Virus record (IMG/VR): IMGVR_UViG_3300009370_001603
Location: 58,519 to 122,518 of that record
Reading direction: 5' to 3' (one strand)
Length of the DNA: 64,000 nucleotides
Origin: a virus
This document shows positions 56,702 through 63,178 of the stretch, one piece after another; the stretch's first letter is position 1, and every line of letters starts with the position of its first letter. The notes below the pieces were generated by a model. The model made no database searches, was not told the origin of the DNA, and saw only the letters and a program-made list of their open reading frames with translations. The translations under genes and the position numbers were made by a program.

Positions 56702-56760
56702 GCTGCCCGAGTCGCCGTAAGTACTTACTATCAAACGACTTACAACTATTTAGAGAAAAA
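56702..56760. repeat. Palindromic module-boundary repeat R1
   Basis: GCTGCCC-N7-CGTAAGTACTT-ACTATCA-AACGACTTACA-ACTATTTAGAGAAAAA. Confidence 0.9.
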
Positions 56761-56772
56761 TTCTATTTTATT

Positions 56773-56813
56773 TAAAGAATAAGCTTGACAAGTGCCGATA
56801 ACTATAGTATAAT
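56773..56813 (+). promoter_or_regulatory. sigma70 promoter interleaved with sigma28-like promoter
   Basis: TTGACA(56785)-17-TATAAT; TAAAGAAT-13-GCCGATAA. Confidence 0.85.
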
Positions 56814-56855
56814 AAGAACATAACAAGTTAAGTAATTCACACAAGGAAAAAACAA

Positions 56856-56969
56856 ATGAGCGAAAGAATGATTGAGACAATTAAAGTAACATTGATTATC
56901 GGTTCTGGTATCATCGGCATTATTACGACGGCAATCGCTTGTTCATGGCTATTATTATCACAAATATAA
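56856..56969 (+). CDS. 37-aa single-TM micropeptide
   Basis: MSERMIETIKVTLIIGSGIIGIITTAIACSWLLLSQI; AAGGA RBS. Confidence 0.6.
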   Translation: MSERMIETIKVTLIIGSGIIGIITTAIACSWLLLSQI

Positions 56970-56990
56970 TCACATTTATTTAATAATAAT

Positions 56991-57031
56991 TAAAGATTAC
57001 CCTTGACAAATGACGATAATAATAGTATAAT
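56991..57031 (+). promoter_or_regulatory. sigma70 promoter interleaved with sigma28-like promoter
   Basis: TTGACA(57003)-17-TATAAT; TAAAGATT-13-GACGATAA. Confidence 0.85.
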
Positions 57032-57037
57032 AAGAAC

Positions 57038-57286
57038 ATGAAAAACAACAACAACAACAACGATAAGGCAAACCAAATGAATCAACCTAATGGCTATAAA
57101 TTCCGAGTATACAAGTTCAATAAAAACACTTACGACGCTTTTGCTACTTTTGTGACGCTTCAAGATGCGGTATCGTATATGAGGCGATGGAATCCTAATC
57201 AGATGCATAACTGGTACATCCTAGACGAAGACACTAGCCGAAGATTTGAAATGAATCCTACTGGTGATGCACTCCGGCTAGTCTAA
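57038..57286 (+). CDS. Hypothetical early protein (probably leaderless)
   Basis: 82 aa; ATG follows TATAAT after 6 nt. Confidence 0.65.
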   Translation: MKNNNNNNDKANQMNQPNGYKFRVYKFNKNTYDAFATFVTLQDAVSYMRRWNPNQMHNWYILDEDTSRRFEMNPTGDALRLV

Positions 57287-57316
57287 AAAAAACTTGAGAA
57301 AATCCCCGTTTAGGGC

Positions 57317-57345
57317 TTGACAACACCGACAATTTATGGTATAAT
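57317..57345 (+). promoter_or_regulatory. sigma70 promoter with extended -10
   Basis: TTGACA-17-TATAAT with TGG before -10. Confidence 0.85.
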
Positions 57346-57382
57346 TAGGATATAAGAAATTAACACAACACAAAGGAAAATT

Positions 57383-57628
57383 ATGAGAGTTTCAGATTTA
57401 CAACCAGCGGCTTACCCGCAATCACCTTCAGTAGAGAATCCTAATTGTGATTCTCACCGATTGTTTACTAACGAGTTCAACAAAGCCAGCTTTATCGAAG
57501 CTAATGGCGACGTTGAAGTTGTTTGGAACGAACAGTATAAATACTGGGCGGTTCCCGCTTTCGCTGAACAGCGTAAGCGTTATAGTGACCTGAAACAGGC
57601 GTACTGTGACCAGTACGGTTGTGAATAG
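57383..57628 (+). CDS. Hypothetical early protein
   Basis: 81 aa; ACACAACACAAAGGA leader. Confidence 0.8.
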   Translation: MRVSDLQPAAYPQSPSVENPNCDSHRLFTNEFNKASFIEANGDVEVVWNEQYKYWAVPAFAEQRKRYSDLKQAYCDQYGCE

Positions 57629-57692
57629 GGTTTAACCCGCAAGCCTTGCCCTAGTCGCAAGCATAGCCAGCTGTGAGGCTATTCAAGATACC
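57628..57692 (+). ncRNA. Structured RNA element A1 (second copy at 60210-60270)
   Basis: Three hairpins; covarying third stem. Confidence 0.55.
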
Positions 57693-57721
57693 AGCATTTT
57701 TATTTTAACAAAGGAAAGATA

Positions 57722-58069
57722 ATGAGAAAAGCACACAATCCACGAATCACATGTAAAGACGGTTTCACTATGTCAGTACAGGCACGAGATAGCGCATACT
57801 GTACGCCAAGAGAAGATTATCCCGATACGCCATACACTAAAGTAGAATGTGGCTATCCGTCATCTACACCCAAAACAGATGGGCTAAGAGCTTACGCAGA
57901 GCTGTTCGGTACTCAGGATTACACTGAAACCGTTTACGGATACGTGCCGGTTGAGATAGTACAGGCAGAGCTTGACGCACATGGTGGTATAGTTGAAGGG
58001 TGTATGCCGTCCAACGAACCAACCAAGGAAGTACTTGCCGACATCTACTTCAATGATTACTCTGAGTGA
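57722..58069 (+). CDS. Hypothetical early protein
   Basis: 115 aa (ITCKDGFTMSVQA..YCTPR..VECGYPS..VYGYVP..HGG); AAAGGA RBS. Confidence 0.85.
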   Translation: MRKAHNPRITCKDGFTMSVQARDSAYCTPREDYPDTPYTKVECGYPSSTPKTDGLRAYAELFGTQDYTETVYGYVPVEIVQAELDAHGGIVEGCMPSNEPTKEVLADIYFNDYSE

Positions 58070-58133
58070 GCCTGTCTTAACTAACCCAGACAGCTAAGGG
58101 GCGCAGGGTGCCTGTACACAGGTAGGCCGAGGC

Positions 58134-58190
58134 GCTGCCCCGCGCGACGTAAGTCCTTTGGTAGTAACGACTTACGACGATTCAGAGAAA
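58134..58190. repeat. Palindromic module-boundary repeat R2
   Basis: GCTGCCC-N7-CGTAAGTCCTT-TGGTAGT-AACGACTTACG-ACGATTCAGAGAAA. Confidence 0.92.
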
Positions 58191-58214
58191 AACCTTCTTT
58201 TTATCTTTTTTTAT

Positions 58215-58255
58215 TAATGTTTGGGGTTGATTTATGCCGATATATATTATATAAG
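58215..58255 (+). promoter_or_regulatory. Degenerate sigma70 promoter interleaved with sigma28-like promoter
   Basis: TTGATT-17-TATAAG; TAATGTTT-13-GCCGATAT. Confidence 0.6.
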
Positions 58256-58281
58256 AGTTAATCACAACAAAGGAGATAAGT

Positions 58282-58368
58282 ATGATATATTTACTAACGG
58301 CGGCTTGCATTATCGGCATTATTGGGGCTGATACTTTTAATAAATTTATTCTAAAAAATCTAGAATAG
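58282..58368 (+). CDS. 28-aa hydrophobic micropeptide
   Basis: MIYLLTAACIIGIIGADTFNKFILKNLE; AAAGGAG RBS. Confidence 0.55.
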   Translation: MIYLLTAACIIGIIGADTFNKFILKNLE

Positions 58369-58371
58369 GGG

Positions 58372-58400
58372 TTGACAAACCTAACTTTTTATGGTATAAT
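58372..58400 (+). promoter_or_regulatory. sigma70 promoter with extended -10
   Basis: TTGACA-17-TATAAT with TGG before -10. Confidence 0.85.
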
Positions 58401-58406
58401 ACAATT

Positions 58407-58568
58407 ATGAAAAACACAACAAACAAAGTCTTTAAGCTAATCATAACCGGAAAGCTATCGCCAAATAGCAAGGCTTACAAAAAAACGATAGCGAACTCGC
58501 AAGGTATGCTGACCGGCAAGCCCGACATATATACAACAGTAACCAAGCTGGTCGACAAAAAAACTTAA
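58407..58568 (+). CDS. 53-aa basic protein (probably leaderless)
   Basis: MKNTTNKVFKLIITGKLSP...; ATG follows TATAAT after 6 nt. Confidence 0.6.
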   Translation: MKNTTNKVFKLIITGKLSPNSKAYKKTIANSQGMLTGKPDIYTTVTKLVDKKT

Positions 58569-58587
58569 AAAAATCCCAAAATAGGGC

Positions 58588-58616
58588 TTGACAAAACTAA
58601 GTTTTTATGGTATAAT
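58588..58616 (+). promoter_or_regulatory. sigma70 promoter with extended -10
   Basis: TTGACA-17-TATAAT; only a 3-codon ORF follows. Confidence 0.85.
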
Positions 58617-58621
58617 GTAAA

Positions 58622-58825
58622 CATAACGAAAGGGAAATACAATCCAATGAACAACTAAAACGGTGGCCCTGCTGGGCGATAGAGTCAAAAACCGTGACAC
58701 GAAGAACTGATGCCGAACAGTATAACACCGACACGAGAAGTCTAACTGCGTAAACAATGACACGAGAAGCCGAACTGCGTTAACAACGGCACTTGAAGCC
58801 TAACAAGTAAACAATGGCGGGGCAA
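58622..58825 (+). ncRNA. Candidate sRNA with four tandem hairpins
   Basis: Own promoter; 28-29-nt tandem units with loops ATGCCGAA, AAGTCTAA, AAGCCGAA, AAGCCTAA. Confidence 0.6.
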
Positions 58826-58842
58826 AAAACTTTGGAAAAAAC

Positions 58843-58882
58843 TAAAGATTCCACTTGACAACGCCGATAATTACTATATAAT
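58843..58882 (+). promoter_or_regulatory. sigma70 promoter interleaved with sigma28-like promoter
   Basis: TTGACA(58855)-16-TATAAT; TAAAGATT-12-GCCGATAA. Confidence 0.85.
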
Positions 58883-58919
58883 AAGAGTATTACAAGCAAC
58901 ACTTTTGAAAGGTTTTACT

Positions 58920-59204
58920 ATGAGCGAATTCAGCAAATTTGACACCCAAATCCACATCGAAGAAACCAACGAATATCAGCCAACGGCGGCTGATTTGGCA
59001 GAGCTTAACGAATGGCTCGATGAGATGGAAGGCGATATGCCTTTCCCAGAGGAAGAAGAATTCCAACTGTCTGCCCCCGAAGGATGGGACGCTATCGAGG
59101 GAGATGATTCGCTTGGCGAATTGTCAACGTTCGACGGTATTGAAATTGATTACGAGCCGGAAGACAGTTTTTATGATTACGCCGATTTAATGGAGAATTT
59201 TTAA
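58920..59204 (+). CDS. Highly acidic early protein
   Basis: MSEFSKFDTQIHIEE...; GAAAGG RBS; very D/E-rich. Confidence 0.8.
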   Translation: MSEFSKFDTQIHIEETNEYQPTAADLAELNEWLDEMEGDMPFPEEEEFQLSAPEGWDAIEGDDSLGELSTFDGIEIDYEPEDSFYDYADLMENF

Positions 59205-59299
59205 TGGTAGATTTTGAAATGTGGAATTGGATTATTGGCGTTTCCATTACGGTAACGATTTTATCTTGCCTTTATCTGGATTGGGATTTGTCTCGATGA
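59204..59299 (+). CDS. 31-aa single-TM micropeptide
   Basis: MVDFEMWNWIIGVSITVTILSCLYLDWDLSR; TAATG and ATGA coupling on both sides. Confidence 0.65.
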   Translation: MVDFEMWNWIIGVSITVTILSCLYLDWDLSR

Positions 59300-59442
59300 G
59301 CGATGAGCACTACCAACAACCCGAAGACGATGGAGCTTTGTTGTTTTGGATGCACTGCGAAGAGCTTGCCAACCAACCGGAGCAAACGGAAGAACCTGAC
59401 CCCGATGAGCCAATTGGATTCGACGACCCGCCACCCTTTTAG
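59296..59442 (+). CDS. 48-aa acidic protein ending DDPPPF
   Basis: MSDEHYQQPEDD...; ATGA overlap with the upstream peptide. Confidence 0.65.
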   Translation: MSDEHYQQPEDDGALLFWMHCEELANQPEQTEEPDPDEPIGFDDPPPF

Positions 59443-59453
59443 GGGGTCGCGGG

Positions 59454-59510
59454 GCTGCCCCGCAGGCCGTAAGTCCTTTGACAGCAACGACTTATGACTA
59501 TTTAGAGAAA
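59454..59510. repeat. Palindromic module-boundary repeat R3
   Basis: GCTGCCC-N7-CGTAAGTCCTT-TGACAGC-AACGACTTATG-ACTATTTAGAGAAA. Confidence 0.92.
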
Positions 59511-59536
59511 ACTTTCTAAAAATTCCTAAATTACTC

Positions 59537-59573
59537 TTGACAGGCTAAAGATATTGTGGTATAATGTCGATAT
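59537..59573 (+). promoter_or_regulatory. sigma70 promoter with downstream-shifted sigma28-like promoter
   Basis: TTGACA-17-TATAAT; TAAAGATA(59546)-12-GTCGATAT. Confidence 0.8.
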
Positions 59574-59594
59574 AAGTAATAAGGAAACAAAGTT

Positions 59595-59729
59595 ATGACA
59601 ATTCAAAGACTAATGACAATTTTAAGCTATGGACAAATCCCGGCAAAACCTGCTAACATTACCGCAGTACGCTGGAATGCCATGATTAAAATGGCTAAAA
59701 AAACTTTGGAAAAAGTTGAGAATAATTAA
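59595..59729 (+). CDS. 44-aa hypothetical protein
   Basis: MTIQRLMTILSYGQIP...; AAGGA RBS. Confidence 0.6.
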   Translation: MTIQRLMTILSYGQIPAKPANITAVRWNAMIKMAKKTLEKVENN

Positions 59730-59767
59730 AGATTAGGCTTGACAAATGCCGATAAATATAGTATACT
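59727..59767 (+). promoter_or_regulatory. sigma70 promoter interleaved with sigma28-like promoter
   Basis: TTGACA(59739)-17-TATACT; TAAAGATT-13-GCCGATAA. Confidence 0.85.
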
Positions 59768-59805
59768 TAAGACATAAGAAGTTAACACAACACAAAGGAA
59801 AGAAA

Positions 59806-60114
59806 ATGAAAACTACCGAAACAAACATCTTGAACGTAACATACGACACCGCCGACGGGTTGCACCGCATCTTGATTGACAAGCTGGTTGAGTACGACTA
59901 TAATGGCGATATGGCAGTAGCCAAAAAAATGTGTACTGTTATCACTCCCGATAACGTTCCAATGATATTCAACGTGTCGCCATACACACCGTTGAGCGAT
60001 ATGCATACTATGGTTAAGGTATGGATTGATTGCGGTTGCCCAATGGATTGCGACAAATATGGAATTGCCCGCAAGTGGGATAAAATAAGTCTTCACAAGT
60101 GGGTAGCGGGATAA
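59806..60114 (+). CDS. Hypothetical early protein
   Basis: 102 aa from MKTTETN; ACACAACACAAAGGA leader. Confidence 0.8.
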   Translation: MKTTETNILNVTYDTADGLHRILIDKLVEYDYNGDMAVAKKMCTVITPDNVPMIFNVSPYTPLSDMHTMVKVWIDCGCPMDCDKYGIARKWDKISLHKWVAG

Positions 60115-60120
60115 CACGAA

Positions 60121-60198
60121 GGGAACTGGAACTCACCCGCCCGTCTTGAGGCGTAGAATATCAAGCTAGTGAGTTAGGGTTAAGAGCCACTGCATCCC
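60121..60198 (+). ncRNA. Structured RNA element B1 (second copy at 62910-62952)
   Basis: GGGA-ACTGGA-stem-TAGGGTTAAGAGCCACTGC-A-TCCC. Confidence 0.55.
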
Positions 60199-60209
60199 AC
60201 GGCTACAAA

Positions 60210-60270
60210 GGGTTGAAACCCGCAAGTCTTGCCCAAGTCGCAAGCATAGTTTACGGAACTATTCAAAACC
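60210..60270 (+). ncRNA. Structured RNA element A2
   Basis: Homologous to 57628-57692 with compensatory changes. Confidence 0.55.
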
Positions 60271-60356
60271 GTTTTCATACAACGGGTGGGAGTGTCTTTC
60301 CTTATCCAAACGGATAAAGACGAGATGACATAGCCAGCCAGCGAAACCGACGCGGC

Positions 60357-60413
60357 GCTGCCCCGCAGGCCGTAAGTCCTTTGGTGGCAACGAGTTACGG
60401 CGATTTATAAAAA
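60357..60413. repeat. Palindromic module-boundary repeat R4
   Basis: GCTGCCC-N7-CGTAAGTCCTT-TGGTGGC-AACGAGTTACG-GCGATTTATAAAAA. Confidence 0.92.
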
Positions 60414-60511
60414 ACTTTATCTTTTTTTGAAAAAAGTAGTTGACAATGACCTAACGTGTCACACCTATGGGCGATAATATATATATAAGAAGTTAACACG
60501 AAAGGAAAGTT

Positions 60512-60619
60512 ATGTTTGGTTTATCAGATGAGTTTATGATGTTTGTTGTTGTCCCGGCACTACTGTTGCCGGTTGGTTGGGTTGTCACAAAAATATTAAA
60601 AATTTATGATAATAATTAA
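60512..60619 (+). CDS. 35-aa single-TM micropeptide
   Basis: MFGLSDEFMMFVVVPALLLPVGWVVTKILKIYDNN; ACACGAAAGGA leader. Confidence 0.65.
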   Translation: MFGLSDEFMMFVVVPALLLPVGWVVTKILKIYDNN

Positions 60620-60657
60620 AGTTTGGGCTTGACAACAGCCGATAAATAGTATATAAT
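60617..60657 (+). promoter_or_regulatory. sigma70 promoter interleaved with sigma28-like promoter
   Basis: TTGACA(60629)-17-TATAAT; TAAAGTTT-13-GCCGATAA. Confidence 0.88.
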
Positions 60658-60682
60658 AAGCACATAACACGAAAGGAAAATT

Positions 60683-60871
60683 ATGAGTTATTACCCGAAA
60701 GAAATCGCAAGTAAAATGAAAAAAGGTTTAGAAAATGAATTACAGCAAATCTGTGAAATCGGTAAGGTTTTACGTGAAGATGGAAATTCGAGAATCGAAG
60801 TAAACTACTACATGAACGTAGATGAGGATTTTATCTCTGACGTTCTTGGTTGTTACAATTATAAAGGTTGA
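60683..60871 (+). CDS. Hypothetical early protein
   Basis: 62 aa; ACACGAAAGGA leader. Confidence 0.8.
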   Translation: MSYYPKEIASKMKKGLENELQQICEIGKVLREDGNSRIEVNYYMNVDEDFISDVLGCYNYKG

Positions 60872-60875
60872 GAAA

Positions 60876-61085
60876 ATGAGAGAATTTGAAATTGAAGCCG
60901 CAAAGCGAAGACTCACCGGCATGGTATTGGTTCGATTCCGTGAAGGGTTGCGTTATCACGTTGGTATATCGGACATTGTGACACTGGCAAACAATCGGGT
61001 GCGAGTCGCTACCAAGAGATGCCACCAGAGAGAAATTGTGTCGATTACCAGCGACCCAGAAATATATGCAAAAAAAGTAAAATAG
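60876..61085 (+). CDS. Hypothetical basic protein
   Basis: 69 aa from MREFEIE; AAAGG RBS. Confidence 0.7.
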   Translation: MREFEIEAAKRRLTGMVLVRFREGLRYHVGISDIVTLANNRVRVATKRCHQREIVSITSDPEIYAKKVK

Positions 61086-61088
61086 GGC

Positions 61089-61117
61089 TTGACAAGTACC
61101 AATTATTATGGTACAAT
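61089..61117 (+). promoter_or_regulatory. sigma70 promoter with extended -10
   Basis: TTGACA-17-TACAAT with TGG before -10. Confidence 0.8.
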
Positions 61118-61154
61118 TAAGACATACAACACAACAACTTTGAAAGGTTAAATT

Positions 61155-61550
61155 ATGAAAACTGTTGAACAAATGCTCGCTGAACTTGAAGTCGCCGTGA
61201 ATGAGTGCATCGTCATTCCTAACGAATGGTTGCCGGAAGGATACCACGACCAAACACGGGGCGGTCGCACGCTCGCAAGGTTAAATGAAATGTGCGACGA
61301 AAAACAGGACGAAGAATCCGAACACCAAAAGGTAAAAGCGTTGAAGGCTCGCAATATCGAAAAGCTACAAAAGCAAGTAGAAGAAAAATCCTTATTTGCT
61401 TCTCACGGCGATTTTGTTGACCTTGATAGCGAACTTGATTACAGCGACAATGAAGCCGACGAAATCCAACTACATAAAAATATGATGGCGTTGGTTGGCG
61501 GTATGGTAAACAGTGGCATGATTGATGCGGAAGATTTGGAGGAAGAATAA
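61155..61550 (+). CDS. Hypothetical acidic early protein
   Basis: 131 aa; GAAAGG RBS. Confidence 0.85.
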   Translation: MKTVEQMLAELEVAVNECIVIPNEWLPEGYHDQTRGGRTLARLNEMCDEKQDEESEHQKVKALKARNIEKLQKQVEEKSLFASHGDFVDLDSELDYSDNEADEIQLHKNMMALVGGMVNSGMIDAEDLEEE

Positions 61551-61816
61551 TGTTTTCAGAAAAAGATTACGATTACGGCGATGGTCTTCTGCACAGGTGG
61601 GGAATTTGCCTAGTACGGCAAAGCACGGGTAGTGTACTCAATATGGGTTTGCCCCGCGTGTTGAATGAAATGTTAAACTTGGTTACGTTCAACGATTTGC
61701 CTACAGAAGATGTTTTTGAAGCTATTGCTAAATGGGCAAATGTCGATTTTCCATCGTGGGAACCGGCGGGACTAATGCCCCAATATCAGAATGATGGGAG
61801 TAACGCAAATGGATAA
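61550..61816 (+). CDS. Hypothetical protein
   Basis: 88 aa; TAATG coupling, GGAGG RBS. Confidence 0.8.
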   Translation: MFSEKDYDYGDGLLHRWGICLVRQSTGSVLNMGLPRVLNEMLNLVTFNDLPTEDVFEAIAKWANVDFPSWEPAGLMPQYQNDGSNANG

Positions 61817-61910
61817 GTTTGATATTTTAATGTATGCCGTATGTATTGGAACAATTGTAGCCAGTGCTGTATTTGGAACATGGGCGTTATTTATGACAAT
61901 GAGTTTATAG
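61809..61910 (+). CDS. 33-aa single-TM micropeptide
   Basis: MDKFDILMYAVCIGTIVASAVFGTWALFMTMSL; GGGAG RBS. Confidence 0.6.
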   Translation: MDKFDILMYAVCIGTIVASAVFGTWALFMTMSL

Positions 61911-61916
61911 GGGTTT

Positions 61917-62009
61917 ATGATGAATAGCAAAGAACAAAGACGAAACATTTATATTTGCCTAGCGGCAATGATTGCCGGTTTTATTTTGCAAGGGATACTT
62001 GTTCCATGA
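61917..62009 (+). CDS. 30-aa single-TM micropeptide
   Basis: MMNSKEQRRNIYICLAAMIAGFILQGILVP. Confidence 0.55.
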   Translation: MMNSKEQRRNIYICLAAMIAGFILQGILVP

Positions 62010-62084
62010 TGAGAAAACAACACGCGATAGAAATCGCACGTTATTACCAACGACTAGAAAATATTGAAAAAAGGAAAAAAGAAG

Positions 62085-62183
62085 ATGAGAGACAGAGACA
62101 GACTAAAGTCAATTTTATTCTTCGCGGTTTCCGCCGCTTGGGTTTCTTTCGCCGTAACGATAATGAGCCACTATAGCAGGTAA
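62085..62183 (+). CDS. 32-aa single-TM micropeptide (overlaps alternative basic ORF 62006..62176)
   Basis: MRDRDRLKSILFFAVSAAWVSFAVTIMSHYSR; AAAGGA RBS. Confidence 0.5.
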   Translation: MRDRDRLKSILFFAVSAAWVSFAVTIMSHYSR

Positions 62184-62190
62184 AAACGGG

Positions 62191-62248
62191 GCTGCCCGCC
62201 GCGACGTAAACCCTTACAGTTAAAGCACTTACGACTATTTTGAGAAAA
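62191..62248. repeat. Palindromic module-boundary repeat R5
   Basis: GCTGCCC-N7-CGTAAACCCTT-ACAGTTA-AAGCACTTACG-ACTATTTTGAGAAAA. Confidence 0.9.
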
Positions 62249-62260
62249 TTTCAGAAAAGT

Positions 62261-62301
62261 TAAAGTTTACCCCTTGATTTTGACGATAATAATAGTATAA
62301 T
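62261..62301 (+). promoter_or_regulatory. sigma70 promoter interleaved with sigma28-like promoter
   Basis: TTGATT-16-TATAAT; TAAAGTTT-13-GACGATAA. Confidence 0.75.
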
Positions 62302-62307
62302 GAGAGA

Positions 62308-62394
62308 GTAAGATAGGCACGCAGTTAGCCAAGCAATAAGTCCCCTCTGGTGCAAGGGCTGTCAGTCAAGCAGTAAGTCGGCGCCCTGTCTTAC
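62308..62394 (+). ncRNA. Candidate pseudo-symmetric sRNA
   Basis: Starts at predicted +1; 10-bp closing stem GTAAGATAGG/CCTGTCTTAC; internal 19-nt direct repeat; no ORF. Confidence 0.55.
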
Positions 62395-62456
62395 CTAATA
62401 CAAGCAAGTTAAGCGAATATAGCACAGCCAGCCAGCAAAAAAAATCGAAAATAAAT

Positions 62457-62497
62457 TAAAGTTTACCCCTTGACAATGCCGATATATAAGGTATAAT
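62457..62497 (+). promoter_or_regulatory. sigma70 promoter interleaved with sigma28-like promoter
   Basis: TTGACA(62470)-16-TATAAT; TAAAGTTT-13-GCCGATAT. Confidence 0.85.
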
Positions 62498-62503
62498 GAG
62501 AAC

Positions 62504-62653
62504 ATGACAGAACAACGATTTACAAGCATGGCACAACAAAGACGATTTGAGGCACAACACAATGAAATCCAAAAAGCAAGAGAAGCCAAAGCAAAGAATT
62601 TGGATGCCCAAGACGAGGGCAGTAACGATGGAGGATCGTCGGACGAAGCGTAA
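62504..62653 (+). CDS. 49-aa protein (probably leaderless)
   Basis: MTEQRFTSMAQQRRFEAQ...; ATG follows TATAAT after 6 nt. Confidence 0.5.
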   Translation: MTEQRFTSMAQQRRFEAQHNEIQKAREAKAKNLDAQDEGSNDGGSSDEA

Positions 62654-62699
62654 GCGTACACGCCAAGCACAGCGTAGTGCGTGGCAAAATTCTATTTAA
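62562..62699 (+). CDS. 45-aa very basic peptide (overlapping frame)
   Basis: MKSKKQEKPKQRIWMPKTRAVTMEDRRTKRKRTRQAQRSAWQNSI; GAGG RBS. Confidence 0.55.
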   Translation: MKSKKQEKPKQRIWMPKTRAVTMEDRRTKRKRTRQAQRSAWQNSI

Positions 62700-62714
62700 G
62701 CGAAAGGTAATGCA

Positions 62715-62867
62715 ATGAGCGTTAAATTTATCAAAGACAAAGAAACTAAAACTAAAATCCGCTACACAGCAACCGGCGATGTGTCTGGGTCAATTTATAT
62801 TGACAAGGAAAGCGAACTTGCAAAAGAATCCGAAATTATTTTGGAAATTCCTCAAGTTACCGCTTGA
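62715..62867 (+). CDS. 50-aa hypothetical protein
   Basis: MSVKFIKDKETKTKIRY...; GAAAGG RBS. Confidence 0.7.
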   Translation: MSVKFIKDKETKTKIRYTATGDVSGSIYIDKESELAKESEIILEIPQVTA

Positions 62868-62891
62868 CATTGCCGATAAATATAGTATAAT
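62852..62891 (+). promoter_or_regulatory. sigma70 promoter interleaved with sigma28-like promoter
   Basis: TTGACA(62864)-16-TATAAT; TCAAGTTA-12-GCCGATAA. Confidence 0.85.
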
Positions 62892-62909
62892 GGTAGTATA
62901 ACACGAAAA

Positions 62910-62952
62910 GGCATCTGGAGCAACGTGCTAGGGTTAAGAGCCACTGCTTGCC
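62910..62952 (+). ncRNA. Structured RNA element B2 in 5' leader of 62978
   Basis: GGCA-TCTGGA-GCAACGTGC-TAGGGTTAAGAGCCACTGC-T-TGCC. Confidence 0.55.
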
Positions 62953-62977
62953 GCACACATTTTTGAAAGGTTTTGAT

Positions 62978-63178
62978 ATGAAAATCAAACAAACAGTTGA
63001 TACCAAGTATGATAATTTGTACATTGGTTGGAACAATCTTCAGTTCACCGACATTGCCGGTAACGAGGTCAAAATTGATGTCACCGACAATCAAATTTTG
63101 GAAATAGCCGAAATCATTAACACAAAGCGTGATTCGATTTTGGAAGAACGAGCAGAAAAGGAAATCGAAGTTGAGTAA
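62978..63178 (+). CDS. Hypothetical protein
   Basis: 66 aa from MKIKQTV; GAAAGG RBS. Confidence 0.8.
   Translation: MKIKQTVDTKYDNLYIGWNNLQFTDIAGNEVKIDVTDNQILEIAEIINTKRDSILEERAEKEIEVE

Noticed and set aside
58695-58815. CRISPR mini-array
   Set aside because: Units are directly tandem (28-29 nt) with no unique spacers, and there are no cas genes in the window.
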